Shown piece by piece: positions 27,036-41,361 of a stretch of DNA of 64,000 nt. The notes below the pieces were generated by a model that saw nothing but the letters and a program-made list of their open reading frames with translations, made no database searches and had not been told where the DNA came from. The position numbers and the translations under genes were made by a program. Within the stretch, counting starts at the first letter, position 1. Each line of letters starts with the position of its first letter. The DNA lies in the NCBI RefSeq assembly GCF_040938485.1, contig NW_027271448.1, positions 124,001-188,000 of the forward strand, written 5' to 3'. This DNA is from Diadema antillarum (Eukaryota).

Positions 27036-28251
27036 ACCATAAACCTTTGCATAAGTAAATGAATAGGTGCGTGCCTACGTGTGAATTTCTGTGACCCTTG
27101 TGTTAAAGATTGCGTTCATCGTTTACACAAAATCATCAAGAGGGTTATGCTTGAAGACACGAATCTCCATTTATATACAGGTGGTGTCAACAAAACGAGG
27201 AGTTTGAATCATACTTAGCACCGTTGATTTGAAGATAAACAACTATTCATCAATTCCTAAGATTTAGATTGTCAATTGTGATTCATCCTGATTTTCAGAG
27301 ATCACAAAGGTTTTCAATCTATCTCCAGGTTTAGGATTTTTAGGGGTGGAATATTTTAATACAGGAACAAAATACAATAATAATGAGGTCAAGAAATGGG
27401 ATGTAGCACTGTGTGAGCGTTTATGCGTTCTTGCCTTCATGAATTGTCATTAATAATACTGTTGGTTCAACTTTACTGTATCAGCAATATATGAATTTGT
27501 TCTTTTCGCAACGATAGCAGGCACAACGTCCGTGGGGGGTGTAGCGAGAGAGAGAGAGAGAGAGGAGGGGGGGGGGGGAGTGAGAGAGGGAGAGCTTTGC
27601 AGCTGCATCACGGTAGATCCTTTGTGCTATTATTGCACTTTTTTCTTTTTCTTATTCTTTCCCTTGTTTTTCGGCCATCAGGTTTCCCACTGCGTGAGAA
27701 ATAGAAAAAGAAGAAGCAACCGCTGCCTTCATTTCAAATAATCTCGGACACCTCAATTTTAATTCAGCAGAGCGGATGTACGCTCTCTCTTGTTCGGTTA
27801 TAACGCGGAGCATATTCGGTGCGAGAGGACGCCGCGCGGCAACTGGCCATAATAATAGATGGCATTGAACTGCTAAAGAAATGGCAAGAATAAGAGCACT
27901 AGCCACTGAAAATTATACAGTGTTAGAGGCCTACTATTATTACCTTTGATAGATGTGCTGAATCTGGAGAACACCTGCTACAATTGTAGATTCGCATAGG
28001 GTTTTCTGAATAGCGAAAAATAAAAGAAAAAAGAAAAGGCCGTGTTGTGGAATATTACCCCCTGTCGTAAGATCTGTCGCAGAGCTTGATTTTTTCCCCC
28101 CACCAGCTCTGATGGACGATAAAATTGCGGCATTTTCAATAGAGCTTCGCAACCCATATCTCATTTATCTCGTGTTGAATACACAACGGATTTCTGATTT
28201 ATTAACTTGTTGATTTTTTTTTTCAGAGTATCGCTGTGCAATACGTATATT

Positions 28252-28421
28252 TTAAAGGAACATATTTCGCAAAGTCGCAAATTTCTTAAATTCTCACTTT
28301 GTCAGAAACGAACACACTTTCATTGTAAGTTACCCAAAACACCACAATTTTTGTAGAAATAAAAACAATGATATGACTGTATGCCAGTTGCGCTCTTTAT
28401 TACTTTAAGAATGTTCTTTAA
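28252..28421. mobile_element. Small TTAA-flanked MITE candidate
   Basis: TTAA-AGGAACAT...ATGTTCT-TTAA, with short terminal inverted repeats only. Confidence 0.4.
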
Positions 28422-30543
28422 ATGTGAATCTTCTTGACTTTAAGTTTGAAATAATTTCCTTGAGGAAATATGAACGTACCACGTATAACACCCACCTGAA
28501 AGAAAATCAGTCACATGCAGTCACGTGAATAAACGCATGCACATGCAGACGCAAAGACAAACGTAAATCCCTTCTCAATATAGCGCTAAATTATTTCATC
28601 ACCATGGCAATTTGCACGGTGTACCATGAGATTATTCTAAACGTAGTTGAAACACAGAATAACATCCCAAAATGGCGACAGTTTGCCATGGTTACGAAAT
28701 AAAACTTCAGCGTCATCATGCACTACATGTCTAATGATGCCCTTTCAAACAGAGGCAGACCTTAGACAATTTTGATAGAGAAGGACGGTTATGACTGCAT
28801 CTCACAAATACCAAGATCGTGGATAAGCTGAAATGCACATCGGTACGGACACACTACATGTACTGCAATGAATACTCATAACTGCGTCGAAACGATAATC
28901 TTACGACCACCCGTCCTCTGACCTCCTTAAAACTATTCACTTGGTACGCAGTATATAAAAATGCGTCATAGGTATTCACAGACCTCGGATGCTGCAAGCG
29001 TCGAAAATAATTCTATCACGTCACACTTTCTTTGTATTTTAACGAAAAACAACGTCTAATCCCCTTTAATTCAATTCTTCGTGGCAGGAAACGTGTCGCG
29101 GTACTATTGTCAACGTGTCTTTGATGGGGGGATTACATGCGAATTGGGGCGTCTCTCTTTGAAATCTCCAAACCCAAATCGGATATTGATCGCTATCATA
29201 AACGAATATGATAACTAAATAAACAATGATTGGAACTTCTAGCCTCGGGGTGGTCTCTGGCGTGGTTTCCACGCAAGAAAATAATATGTCTGTTGAACAA
29301 AGGGCTGCGATAACATTCTATCACCGAGAATTTCATGTGTCACAGCGCATGCCTGCAACGGCACAACAACAAAACTTACTTGTTGAGGATTCAATTTTCA
29401 TGAGATTTGTTTTGTTATCTCAAATAACAATTTGTATGTTCCTACTCTCTGCTAAATATACGCCCCCTCCCCTGAGAAGTAGTGCAAACATCACAATATT
29501 GACTGGGAGTCAAAAGCATTCTTGGGGTCAATTACACAACTGCAAGTTGATCGGATTAATATGATTTAACAATAGTATCACATCTGAATTGTGAAGATAA
29601 TCCCCGACGTGACCATGTTTTGCACGTAATCTAATGAGCGAGCCAATGTAACAAATCTATTTGGTTTTGACCACAAAGCGTTTTTCTCGACGAATCTATT
29701 ATACACGCGGTCCATTAACTGTAGTTTGATCATGAATTAAGTAGGTTTATAGGTCTAGTCTTTTTTGTGTGTGTAAATTTTGATGTGGTTCCAAGAACTG
29801 TTGAGATGGTGAATAGTAAGAACCCGGAGAAGTCCGGGTCTTGGGTTGGCATATCCATGACAAAGAGCAACACTGTACAATGCTTCAGCGTGTTCGGTGT
29901 TAGGTGTTAGGTGTTAGACGGAAAGTGACAAGAGACGAAGTGGTTCTGATGGTTAGTGACATATCGGTAGCTATAATGTAAATGCAGTATAAATAGCAAC
30001 TTGTTTGCGGCAACTCTACTGTAGCACAAAACACATGATTGTCAGGTTACTTTATAATGGGGGTGAATTTGGAATTTGCTATCGAGATAAGATTGTGTAA
30101 AATATGATTTTATGTCATTCATAATTTTCTTCACTGAGCTGCATTTGCTTGTAATCAGGAACCCAGTTCTGTATGAATCCATTGCTGTTTTCGGTAGATC
30201 TACACGATTTCAGTAAAAGCTCAGCGTCTATTACTGGAAGGCCACATTAAAACACCCCCAAAATATTCGTAACGACTTAATTTGATCAAGATTCTCAAGT
30301 TGTTGCGATATGGGTAAAAAAAACTTTTTTCTCTCATATCAAATCTTTTCGGAACAAGATCGAAAACTTCAGAACAGGCAAAAATATCTGGGAGCATTTC
30401 GAGTAGTAAAACCATACGGAAAATAACTCCGTTTTGATAGTGAATAACAATTGTAAAAAAATGCAGTAACATGGTAGGATCTACATGTATTTGGGGCGAA
30501 AATTCCCTGCGCTGTGCTAGCGCAACGCTTTGGAAATATCGCG

Positions 30544-30545
<2 letters not shown>

Positions 30546-30577
<32 letters not shown>
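30546..30577. repeat. (CA)n microsatellite
   Basis: Direct read. Confidence 0.97.
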
Positions 30578-30580
<3 letters not shown>

Positions 30581-30890
30581 TTGAAAAACATGATCAAAAA
30601 GGACACATACAGCCAAGTCAGTAAAGCAATTCGAGAGCAAGTAAATTGGCCCTTACCAAAGTCTTTGCAGATGTTATCAATACCCCGCCATACGTGGGAG
30701 ATGTAGCCGCAGTTTTAATCAAAGTCTATGCACAAAATTATTCGCAACGCACGTCGTGGAAGACGAAAGACTAGCAAAATGTCATTCTTTTATCAGCAGG
30801 TGCTCGAAAATCTCTCTCTACTTAGCAGTTACCGGTATATAATTCGTCACGGCATGTTACTAACAATTCCTCTTGCATGTGTCTTGACAG

Positions 30891-30932
30891 GAACTCGAAA
30901 GATCATTTCATAGTGCTAGCGAGCAAAGCCGA
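30891..30932 (+). CDS. Candidate 42-nt microexon
   Basis: TACTAAC branch point (30858-30864), pyrimidine-rich tract, CAG acceptor and GA|GTAAGC donor; the length is a multiple of 3; ELERSFHSASEQSR is open. Confidence 0.4.
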
Positions 30933-33900
30933 GTAAGCACTCAAGGCGAAACGTATGCCGCAGTCAGTCAGACGATTTACTGGATTGAGTTATCATAGAA
31001 TTCGATCACCTGCGAATATGCAATGATGCATCGAGGCGATCGATAATATTTCACGTCAGTAACAGCCATACGGATACGTGTATGGCTGGAACAGTTACCG
31101 CCGATTTTGCGTTCGTCTGCGGTAGATAGCGACAGGCTCGCCTGCAAAATTCATGAAATTCACAATCCCCACCTGTGCATTCTACGATGAAGGAAAAAAA
31201 AAAGAAGTTTGTCGAATATATTCAAGCATTGTGGGCACGTAGAATGTATTTTTTTTTTTCATTTGATGATAATCGTGATTAAAAGTAGACACACGGCAAT
31301 GAATGATAGCCTCATTTTCACTGCGCTTTTAAACTCTATAATCATGAGGGAAAAAAATCAGTCAATTTCCCGACTTTTCCAAGAATGCTCAAAAAGAAAA
31401 CAAAAAAGCAAAACAAAGTAAGACAAACATTTTGCCAACAGATTAAATAAATATCACATAAAAACCCATAGAAATAGAGTAAAAACAAGTAGTTGTCACT
31501 ATGGGAAATCTAATTATGCGTGACAATTATTGTTTCTTATGTTGTATACTATCTCTTCTAAATAGTGATGATATAAAGGTGCTCTGTCTTTATTTTTCGC
31601 CTCACTGAGAACCAGTTTTCAAAATAATGTCGATGATTTATTGCCTGTGTGCAAATTACCGAAGTACATACATCGCATTAGTCGTGGACAAAGACCCGAA
31701 GAATAATATTTACCCTGTGCAGCTTTTCTAGCTCCTCTGCTTAATAACCAGTACTCGGTGAGAAATTCATTTCGTGGCTATCCATTGTCGGAGCAAAGTA
31801 CCGATTCCCTCCGGGTGAGTTTTGTGATTATCTAAGTGGAGGTCAATTTCGAGGAAGATTTCTCATAATTAAACGTGATCGGCGAGGAGATCTTGTGTAA
31901 ACACTAATTTCCTGCTGACGAGCTGGAGAGAAGATTTCGCGAAGGTATCATAACAGCTAATATCAACACGAAGGAGGACGAATATGACTGCGAGAGGGCG
32001 GGCTCGACCAAAAAAAATTATGGCGAGATTCTAGTAATGAAACTCGACAAAAATGAACAGAACTTACTTCTCATCAAGGCAACATCAGTGAGAAATTAAT
32101 TTGATGAAGACAGTGACTCATAAATAAAATAAGTTTATCTGTGGCTGTTATTGTTGTTGTCAAAATCGTAGCAGCCTTAAATTATGTTTGCGATACCGCT
32201 CTAGCTTGTCTAGTGGTTCAACTTTATCATATTGATAGATTTGACATTGTATGTGTTGATCCCTTCCGTTTTACGCAGACCAAATTGAGAAAAAGACCCT
32301 CGCCCCCCCCCCCCCCCAAAAAGAAAAATGTTTGGGACGCAGAGATCGATTTCACTGTCTATGTTGATATATGTGTATGCACACAAAGAAAAACACGAAA
32401 GGGTAAAGCACGTTCTAACTGCGTCATAATGCTGAAATGAAAGTGTCACAAGGTTAAAAAAAAACCAAATAAAATATGTTTCACATCGAATCTTGAACTG
32501 TGATTACATCCTCACAATTTAAGACTCAAAATTAGTTCTTGGCGGTGCAAATACGGGGCCCCTCTGAAAACAAAAACAAAAACAACTATACTACAACAAC
32601 CACTATCCAAAAAAAAAAAAACATGAAGGGAAAGCAAAAGGGTCCCCAAAATGTCGGTATTTTAAACCCCGGGCAAAGAAGACCACGGTTTATCACTGTT
32701 ATCATTATTGTTGTCAATATTATTATTATTTTAAGAACTGGTTGCCAAAAGGCGCTAAATCCATCATTTTTCAATAGATTTAGCGCCTTTTGGTCGAAAG
32801 CTCTTCATTTATTGCTTTAATGTTCATCATTTTCCCAATTGATATTAACATCATTAGTATTCCTGTATATATTACTAATGATATTAGTAATATCTATTGA
32901 ATACTATAATGAAGCATGTTTAATGATGAAAATGATCATATTATGATCATCTTTATCATTAAACACGTGGTAAACCGAAGCATCAATGAACTACTCATAA
33001 TCCCCTCCACTCCACGCACACACACAATTTTCAATCAATTTTCGACCATTCCCTTTGCAATAGCGTATTGTAAATGATCGATTCAAATAAATCTCATTAT
33101 TCCCTATATACTAGAAATGGATAAAATTAGAACGACGCTTCATAAAAACACCTTCTTAGTTCTTAAAATATTAACATCTTCCTGTTTCTCATCGAGGTCA
33201 TTTTCTTTCCTTTTTTTTATGAGACCAACGCCATCCCCGGATTTGCATCATAGTAATATATGATACTCTTCATACTTTTTTTTTTCTTTTTCACTGTTCC
33301 TCGAGCTATGTAACAATGAGGTAGACATATTAATTGATATGAGTATACGATGCGCTAAATGAGTAATGGGATCTCTTTTTTCTATTTGAAAGTGAGGAGG
33401 TTAGTGTCTGCTACAAACGTTGTCTTTTAATAGTCTGTGTCTCTTCTCTTATTTTTTTGCAAAAAAAAAGAAGAAAGATAATATAAAGCGGAATGTATGT
33501 TTCTTGCTCGTATATACGACAGAGATTAAACAATATCTCAGTATCTCATTATGATAGAAAATTGCGACAAGATGGAACTTCAATAGCAACAATGAAATGG
33601 CTATTGCAAATCGTCATTTGGAAAAGTTGTTGCGGGTTTGTTCTGCGCATGTGCCGTGAGCCCTCCAAGAATTAGTTCTCTTAAGAATATTTGTTTTAAT
33701 TGAAGCCAGTTATAATTCAAATAATATGCATGTAGACAGTGAGATGATGAATAAATTATATTAAAAAAAAACATACATACATAGGCCTACCACTTAGAGG
33801 AGAAACAGAGAAAATCACGATGGGAAATGAGGGGAAATCAAATTAAATGAGAATGAAATGAAAAGACGGCCTTTGAAATGGTGTAAAGATATCACAATTT

Positions 33901-33944
33901 AAAATACAACAATAGGCCTATACTTGGAGGGACAATAGGCCTAT

Positions 33945-34170
33945 ACTGGGAGGGACAACTTATACAAGCTTTGCTTTTTAGTGGGACCTTCCATTTCCAT
34001 TCTAGTCTTTGTATTATGTATCTGTATATACCTTAGAAAAGGAATTCCTGTTGTTAATCGTGATTACATTTACGTTTTCTTTGAAATTGTCACAAATATA
34101 TTCTGTTAATGTATTGTATATTATTTTCTTTGTTTATTCAATGGAAATGGAAATAAAGTTGAAAGTTGAA
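33945..34170 (+). mobile_element. L2-like LINE 3' UTR remnant
   Basis: GGAGGGAC..TACAAGCTTTGCTTTTTAGTGGGACCTTCC stem-loop, then AT-rich sequence and an AATAAAGTTGAAAGTTGAA tail. Confidence 0.6.
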
Positions 34171-36149
34171 TTAACCCTTGGTGTTCTTTGAGTGCGATTG
34201 GCACAAAAATTTCCATAGTGTTGAACACACAGTCCAAAGTCCGTGGCACGGAAATGGTTAAGAGGTTGATATCATAACTGATATTTTGATACATATACCA
34301 TGTATGTATTCACGTATGTATATAGTTTATAATTATATGTATTATGATAACAGAAATATGCGCTTTATTACAAGTTTAACTTTTGAAAAAAATGACAGAA
34401 AAATGATGAGAAGTTATCGCAGTGCTTGGTTGGCAAGCATATTTGTATATCCATGCCTTGTCGCTGTGGCACCGCTGAATACTTGAAATAATAGTAATGA
34501 TATAGAAACCGAGTAGGTTGATACATCTTAGCAAAATCAACTTATATGTCGTGATTTGTGTGACGGCATTAGAAATCACTTAAAATTTAAGATAATTATG
34601 ACATGAGACAGTGATATAGGTGATAGAAACTTCATCATTGTTTGAAATCCAATACATGTGAAAAAACGTGCTTCTTCCACTCGAGTTTATATGATTTGAA
34701 ACAGCAGCTTAGAAATAAATCTAGATAATTAAATTTGCAAATGCAAAGGTACTCACGTTTGAAACAAAAAGACCAGATGAAAAAAACAGTCTTCTTCTGT
34801 GTATAAATCCAGGCTAGAATGAAGCAATTTCTGCTCTTGTTGCAAAACCTGATGAAGAGAGGAGTCTGGGGACCATGAGATCATAGACGAACACTTCTCA
34901 GGGTAGAAAAGAAAAATCCACAGTCGTTCATGTATTCCCTCAATACAGGTTATGTTCAAACGACTAGTCCGATTGTATTTTCCGGCATTTGTGAAAACTT
35001 AGAAACACAATTATTTCCGATAAAGATGGTCTCCGCATAAAATTTGAAAAATCGATCTCAGAAATCCACAGCGCTTTAACTTGCACGGTCAGGAGCAGAA
35101 GTCCCCAACCTGTTTACTCCACCGCTCCGCCAGAGATTACCGGTGAACCCGCATTGGCTGGAAACGTCGAATACTCTTTTGTGGGTAAAAGAGGGAGGAC
35201 AGCTTTAAAAACGAAGGACGAAAAAAAAAGAACAACTTTCAGTGTGACGTTTTTGCTGTTTTTGTTCAAACAGAATACACTGTTTTTTGTCGTCTCGTGA
35301 TAAAGCTACCAGCCCAAAAGATTGTTGGCGGTGAGAAAAGATTTCAAACGTGGCACTCACTTGGTGAGCTTCGTCAATCGGCGGTTGGATAATCTACCCT
35401 GCCAGTGGTCCTCCCGGGTTTGCCTGCCAGCCAGGGGGTTCTGACACAAAGCCCGTTCCTGAAACAGACTTCACCGGACACACAAAAGGCTGGCGTTCGC
35501 CCGCTAGGAAACACAAACACGGGGTGTCTGTTTAACGACAGGGACAAGAACGGACGAACATCGGAACAATCTCTTCCACGGATGAGCTCAGTTATGTGTA
35601 GACTGAGCAAACAGTCGCTTTCTTCCATTTATCTGCGCCAAGGGAATGCACAAACAACAGCACAATCTTTGCGGCTTGCACAGTTCGTTCAACGGAGGTG
35701 GGGGAAAAACCCGAACAAGAACAAAAGTGTGGTTTGACTGCAAATTAGCTGGCTAGTGTTAATGATAAAGAGTGGTAGCATGTTATAGACATCAAACATT
35801 GGACCCCCGCAGCGCCTCCGACTCATCTATAATTCAAACCCCAAGCAACTTGCAAAAGAGATAATCAAACAATATCATTTTGGCATAATAATGACTTTTT
35901 TAAACTTATGAAATATTTCTGGTCAGTTTCCCATTGCTTGCGTTTATTAGATTCTACACAATCATGTGACAAATTTTAAGGTAAAGAAGACAGTCATATC
36001 ATACATATATCTTTTAAATATAAGAACTCGATCCTATCGCTTACTGACAGTGTGACAGATTGAAGGAGAGATAGAGAGAGAAAGAGAAGAGGTATACATA
36101 GAGGATATCATAACCGATATGAATACGAAATACATGTATAACTATAGTG

Positions 36150-36156
<7 letters not shown>

Positions 36157-36196
<40 letters not shown>
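36157..36196. repeat. (TA)n microsatellite
   Basis: Direct read. Confidence 0.95.
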
Positions 36197-36198
<2 letters not shown>

Positions 36199-36659
36199 TA
36201 CATGTTCATACATACAAATACACATGCATTTCTATCTGTAGTTTAAGATTTACACGGACTTAGATTGATTGATAAGGATTTTACGTGCTTAGACCGCACA
36301 AGCCATATAAACAGAGAAATAGTTTATCATAACTGTCTCAGAGGTGTTAGATGGCGTCTAAAATTATTACGAATAAACATTCAGAGACGCATTTGATTTG
36401 AAATTAAATTGAATTACGTACAAGTTGTGAAAAAATCGTAATCCTTTAATTTACTTTACAATAATAAAAGATATATGAAATTTTGAACTTGAAGTTTGAA
36501 TTTTGTTTGTGCAACTCAAATATGAATAAACGTCATAAATGTAAAGAATGTATGTGACCGTGCATCACAAAACGAACAAAAAGTCGCACACACTGATTTT
36601 GTGTGAGGACTGAAAATAGGTGAAATGGGTCAACCGAGCCGATCTTGACTTGGCTACCC

Positions 36660-36803
36660 NNNNNNNNNNNNNNNNNNNNNNNNNNNNNNNNNNNNNNNNN
36701 NNNNNNNNNNNNNNNNNNNNNNNNNNNNNNNNNNNNNNNNNNNNNNNNNNNNNNNNNNNNNNNNNNNNNNNNNNNNNNNNNNNNNNNNNNNNNNNNNNNN
36801 NNN
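36660..36803. other. Assembly gap
   Basis: Run of N. Confidence 1.
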
Positions 36804-37461
36804 AATCCCCTCATTGTTGTTACTCCGGTGGTTTCCATCCTGTTTTTTGTCCTATTCATCGCACAACCAGCACGGCTTGATAAAGATTAAGCGCTTGAAT
36901 AGACACTGTACTTCAGAGCCTCTTTTCTCAGTTTACACTTTTTCTGAGTGTGTGCATTCTTTCCAATATTTAGATAGGGTTAGGAGAGTCCATTTGATTT
37001 GAGTAATACATCATTTTAAAGCTTAAAGTCTGCTCTTTCAGAACATGCTCCGACTAAAATTTCGTGTGTGGCGACTTTTTGTGTGTTTAGTGGTGCAGGG
37101 TCACATATAACATCACTATACCACAAATGAAATACAATATAGATCGAAAAGTTAAACATTAGAGTAAGAAAATATTACTTGCAGTCATGGAATAGACAAA
37201 CTGTGGTTACGCTGTCGTTGTTCAGCGATATTCATGACTTACTGGGGTTATGTTAAGGAGATATTTATGATAAAGCAATGCTTATTAAATTTACAGAAAA
37301 AAAAGACATCAAAACCTTTAAACACCCCTCCCACACCCAAGTACAATATCAAGTCATCTCTTGAAGTAATGTATTTTCTGTTTGAATTTCTTGTATGCAT
37401 GTCATTTTGTAATGCGCAGTAGAGTATATTATTATAGTAGCTGCGCAATATAGATGTCCTT

Positions 37462-37476
37462 TATTATTATTATTAT

Positions 37477-37509
<33 letters not shown>

Positions 37510-37550
37510 TAGTAGTATTAGTATTATTATTATTAGTAGTATTATTATCA
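37462..37550. repeat. Compound (TAT)n/(TAG)n microsatellite
   Basis: Direct read. Confidence 0.92.
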
Positions 37551-37989
37551 TTTAAAAAGTGTAATACACATTCGATGGAGCGTAAAGTGCATGGGTAAGA
37601 CTATAGAAATACCAAATTCGTTCTCATTTTATATAGTTGCCCTTGTCCCACACCTTCCCCGGCCAGAAAAGTTAATAAAATGCTGTCACCCCATCCCCTA
37701 CGCACAATATTGCTTTTTTTCGAAAAATATACATTCGAAGAGTACAAGAAAAAAAGTTCAGCCCCAAGAGTCAACCGATGTCATGAGTATACATGTTATA
37801 TGGGTGCCACTTAAAATGACCATTAATTGTGGGGAAAATGTCATAATTTGTCCATGCAGTTCTGCCTCTCCACCGCTCCGACTGTGTTGTAGCATTCTAA
37901 GGCGCTGCAGCTTGGCAACAGGAGTAGTGTGCCTTCCCACGGGTCTCTGTGTTCCCATGCGAGTGGAAAACGGAAAACGTCGAAGGAAG

Positions 37990-38400
37990 TAATTGTCCGC
38001 AACATCCGTAGCTGTCCGTAAATATCCGTAAGCGGATAAAACTGTCGTAATACGTTAACTTCCGGTTAATTTCAGATACTTACGGTGGACGTAAGTGAAC
38101 GCAAATGGACGGGAGGTATTTTTTTTTGCGGATGGTTTGCGACCAAGCCACGGGTAGTTACGTTCAGTTACGGATAGTTACGTTTGGTTACGGTTACTTG
38201 CGTAAGTTTGCGTCCGTGGCGTCCCTCTGCGAAATTTTGAACATTTCAAAATTTCGCAGGTTCGGCGACGTCATTTAACGTTTCTTTACGGACGAGTTAC
38301 GGACAGTTACGTCTACATACGTCCCTGCGGATGCTTGCGTCCACGCTGCGTCCCCCTGCGTCCACTCATTCGTATCTATCCGCGGCGGACGTAATCCATC
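37990..38400. mobile_element. CpG-rich relic of a non-autonomous DNA transposon (Harbinger-like) with a central palindrome
   Basis: Arrays of TCCGTA and GTTACG motifs around a perfect hairpin CTGCGAAATTTTGAA-CAT-TTCAAAATTTCGCAG (38227-38259); termini not resolved. Confidence 0.55.
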
Positions 38401-39579
38401 GTAAAAAAGAAAGTAAAAACTCCAGACGCGATACAAACCGAGCGTCGTGAATCTTGACAATATGCAGCTTAAAGGTATTAGCCCACATTTGCAAACCTGC
38501 AGCAATTGGTCTCATAGTTAGCATGGAGTTTGGGTATGATTGCAGTAACACCTGTACAAAATTTTGTTCCAATTAGTCCATTACTTTCATAGAAATAAAT
38601 GAAAATGCACCGTATGCATGCGTATAAAAACGCTCGCTAGCTCCGGTCCACGCACGTACTACATGCATGCGATACATGTGTAAGTTAATGTACGTAGCTA
38701 GCCCGCGCTCGTAATTCGATTTTGGGTCGGGTTGACCCTGTTTGAAAATTGATTTTAAAACGATGATTTTCTCTCTTTTATCGAATGGTATAGACAAAGA
38801 GCAACAGGTGAGGTATGTTACTGTTATAACTTGTACTTGAAGTCATATTGGACCTGTTTTATGCAGTTTTGATTTTCGTGGGTTTGCAAATGTGGGCTAG
38901 TACCTTTAAAGTCTTCGTTGCCATGGAAATCAAGATTGTGAAGTGAAGAAGACTGACATATTTTTATTGACGAACATGCGGTTTTTATTACCATGCGAAA
39001 TTGCATTACATCCTACCCACGAATAGAAACTTTTACAGCCTCACGAACTCATGTTGTAAATGACAAGAAGAATTATGGGACGACACCTAAAATTTGAGTC
39101 ATGTGCCATGCATATCTTCTTGAGATTTATGTTTGACATTGATTCCTTGATATCGAACAAAACTGCCTCCCCCACCCGGAAATTAAGGCCAGACTTTATC
39201 CAATATAAAAAGAAAATTCTAATTTAGTGTAAACTCCTCGAAAGTTTGAGGAAAAACAGACAACCGGGTACAAAGTTATACTTTGTATTAAAAGATTAAA
39301 GTGATGTCCATGAGCCCCACTCTTCAGATGGCCATTCTACAGCAATGTGTCTCTTCAAGAGACTAACACAGTATTTGTTATTAACAAAATATAAAGATTA
39401 TTCGAAAAATCCTCATTTTCACACACTTTTTCATCATTTTGTTGTGTGTCTGAAAGGCGCCATTTTCAGTCTCTCTCTCTCTCTTTGCTCAGTTTCAATA
39501 GCTTACTGACTTGTCATTTATAAGCAGCCCTATATCATAATATCTATCATGTTTACCTTTTTTTTCCTGCCAGTCACTA

Positions 39580-39953
39580 TTAAAGGTACTGTTTGGAATC
39601 GGGAGCAGTGATTTTAAAAAATGTGCGAGTTATCACATTTGATGCATGTGTGTATAGGTCAGTTGTATCACAAAATATCCTGCTATATAAATATTTCGAA
39701 ATAAAACCTAAGATATAAGGATATATCACGATTTTTCTCAATAAATCGTAACTATAGACGGTTTATTCTAGAAACAATTTTATTATCATGTTTGTTCATA
39801 TTTTGTATTGTCTACCAGTATACTTAGCATTGATTGTACTGATTAACATTTTTACATTGGGAGTTTCTATCCCTAACTCACATTTTTCGAACTGCTTCTA
39901 AGCATTAAAGTTGGTGTGTGTTTCATCTGCAAAATGATAAATAATGCCTTTAA
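39580..39953. mobile_element. Kolobok-type MITE, family B
   Basis: TTAA-AGGTAC...ATGCCT-TTAA; colinear with 57731-58155. Confidence 0.75.
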
Positions 39954-40340
39954 TTGTCGCCATCCGAGTCGAAACAACATCCTTTTGCAGGGGAAGAGAG
40001 CTGTATGGCCAAAAGTCCCGGGTAACTATAGACCGACAGGGGAAACGCGTCAGTTGGTATTGAAGGGAGTTCGATCCCAGCCGCTTCATTTTTGTCTCGC
40101 CAAGGTTAGGACGACACCTCCGGCTTCGATTTCCGCCTATTGACGTTCGTACCTTCCACATTCATAAACGTAGGCACGAAACTAATTATGTTTTCATGAA
40201 TAGAGGCATAATACCCCCTTTATGTCTTATCCTTATTGTCGTTATTGTTTTGCCATTGCTCTTTCTTTCTTCCTGTCACCCCGATCAATGTGTCAAACAT
40301 CAAACCCAAGCCTCTACGGCTAATAGTTACACATTTTGAC

Positions 40341-40501
40341 NNNNNNNNNNNNNNNNNNNNNNNNNNNNNNNNNNNNNNNNNNNNNNNNNNNNNNNNNNNN
40401 NNNNNNNNNNNNNNNNNNNNNNNNNNNNNNNNNNNNNNNNNNNNNNNNNNNNNNNNNNNNNNNNNNNNNNNNNNNNNNNNNNNNNNNNNNNNNNNNNNNN
40501 N
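40341..40501. other. Assembly gap
   Basis: Run of N. Confidence 1.
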
Positions 40502-41116
40502 TGGACATTATCTTGCCACTGTTATTTAGTAGAGTCGTGTATAATGCAATTAAAAAGGATTGTTAGCAGTTAACATAATAATTATGAACTATTTCAGTGC
40601 AATTGATTTAATTGGGAGATCGTGATCAATTTTTTGTGGTCTTCATGATGATGATAATGATGATGATGATGGTAAGAATGATATTCCATACACAAACTAG
40701 TATAAATTTTGTATTATATATCATTTCGTTGTGCTGACACACCGTTTAAAAGCAATACGATATAACATGTCTAACAAAAAATAAAAGAAAAAAGAAAAAA
40801 ATCCCTTTGCATATCGATTTTTACATTTCTACCTTCCATATGTACACTCCTTCAGTTCGACTTGCCAATAATAATTTGACTATATACAGTGACAACAAAT
40901 AAACTGATAAAATTTCTTTTCCTCATTATTTTCTTAAACTCCCTCTCTGTAGATATGTTTTTGTGAAGAGATAATATTCAACGGTAGTGACTCAAATAGA
41001 CGAAAACAATAAGAGATTTGTCTTGAAGCACAAAATTTCACTATAAACTTCCATTTTTCCAAATATTTGGGCATAGACAAAATTTATTACCAGACGAGGT
41101 CCTACCAAACAAGTAT

Positions 41117-41361
41117 CCCTGCTGGAAAGAACACAGTGTGAAATCTCTTCACACTGGTAAATTCGAGTGTTTTAACAGTGTGAACACAATGTGAGTCATC
41201 AATTCACAGTGTGAAACAAAGCATTGTTATGTGAACACTCTGTGAAAACCACACCACAGTGTGAAATAATCTTCACACTGTTAAATTCGAGCGTTTTCAT
41301 GTAGTCGACTATGTGAACACACTGTGAACACACTGCGGGACACTGTGTTCTTTCGAGTAGG
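41117..41361. mobile_element. CCCTGCTGG-TIR MITE, copy 2 (inverted relative to copies 1 and 3)
   Basis: Diverged reverse complement of 41783-42048. Confidence 0.85.

Noticed and set aside
31905-32100. Protein-like plus frame PADELERRFREGIITANINTKEDEY...
   Set aside because: No start codon, no convincing splice sites and no recognisable homology.
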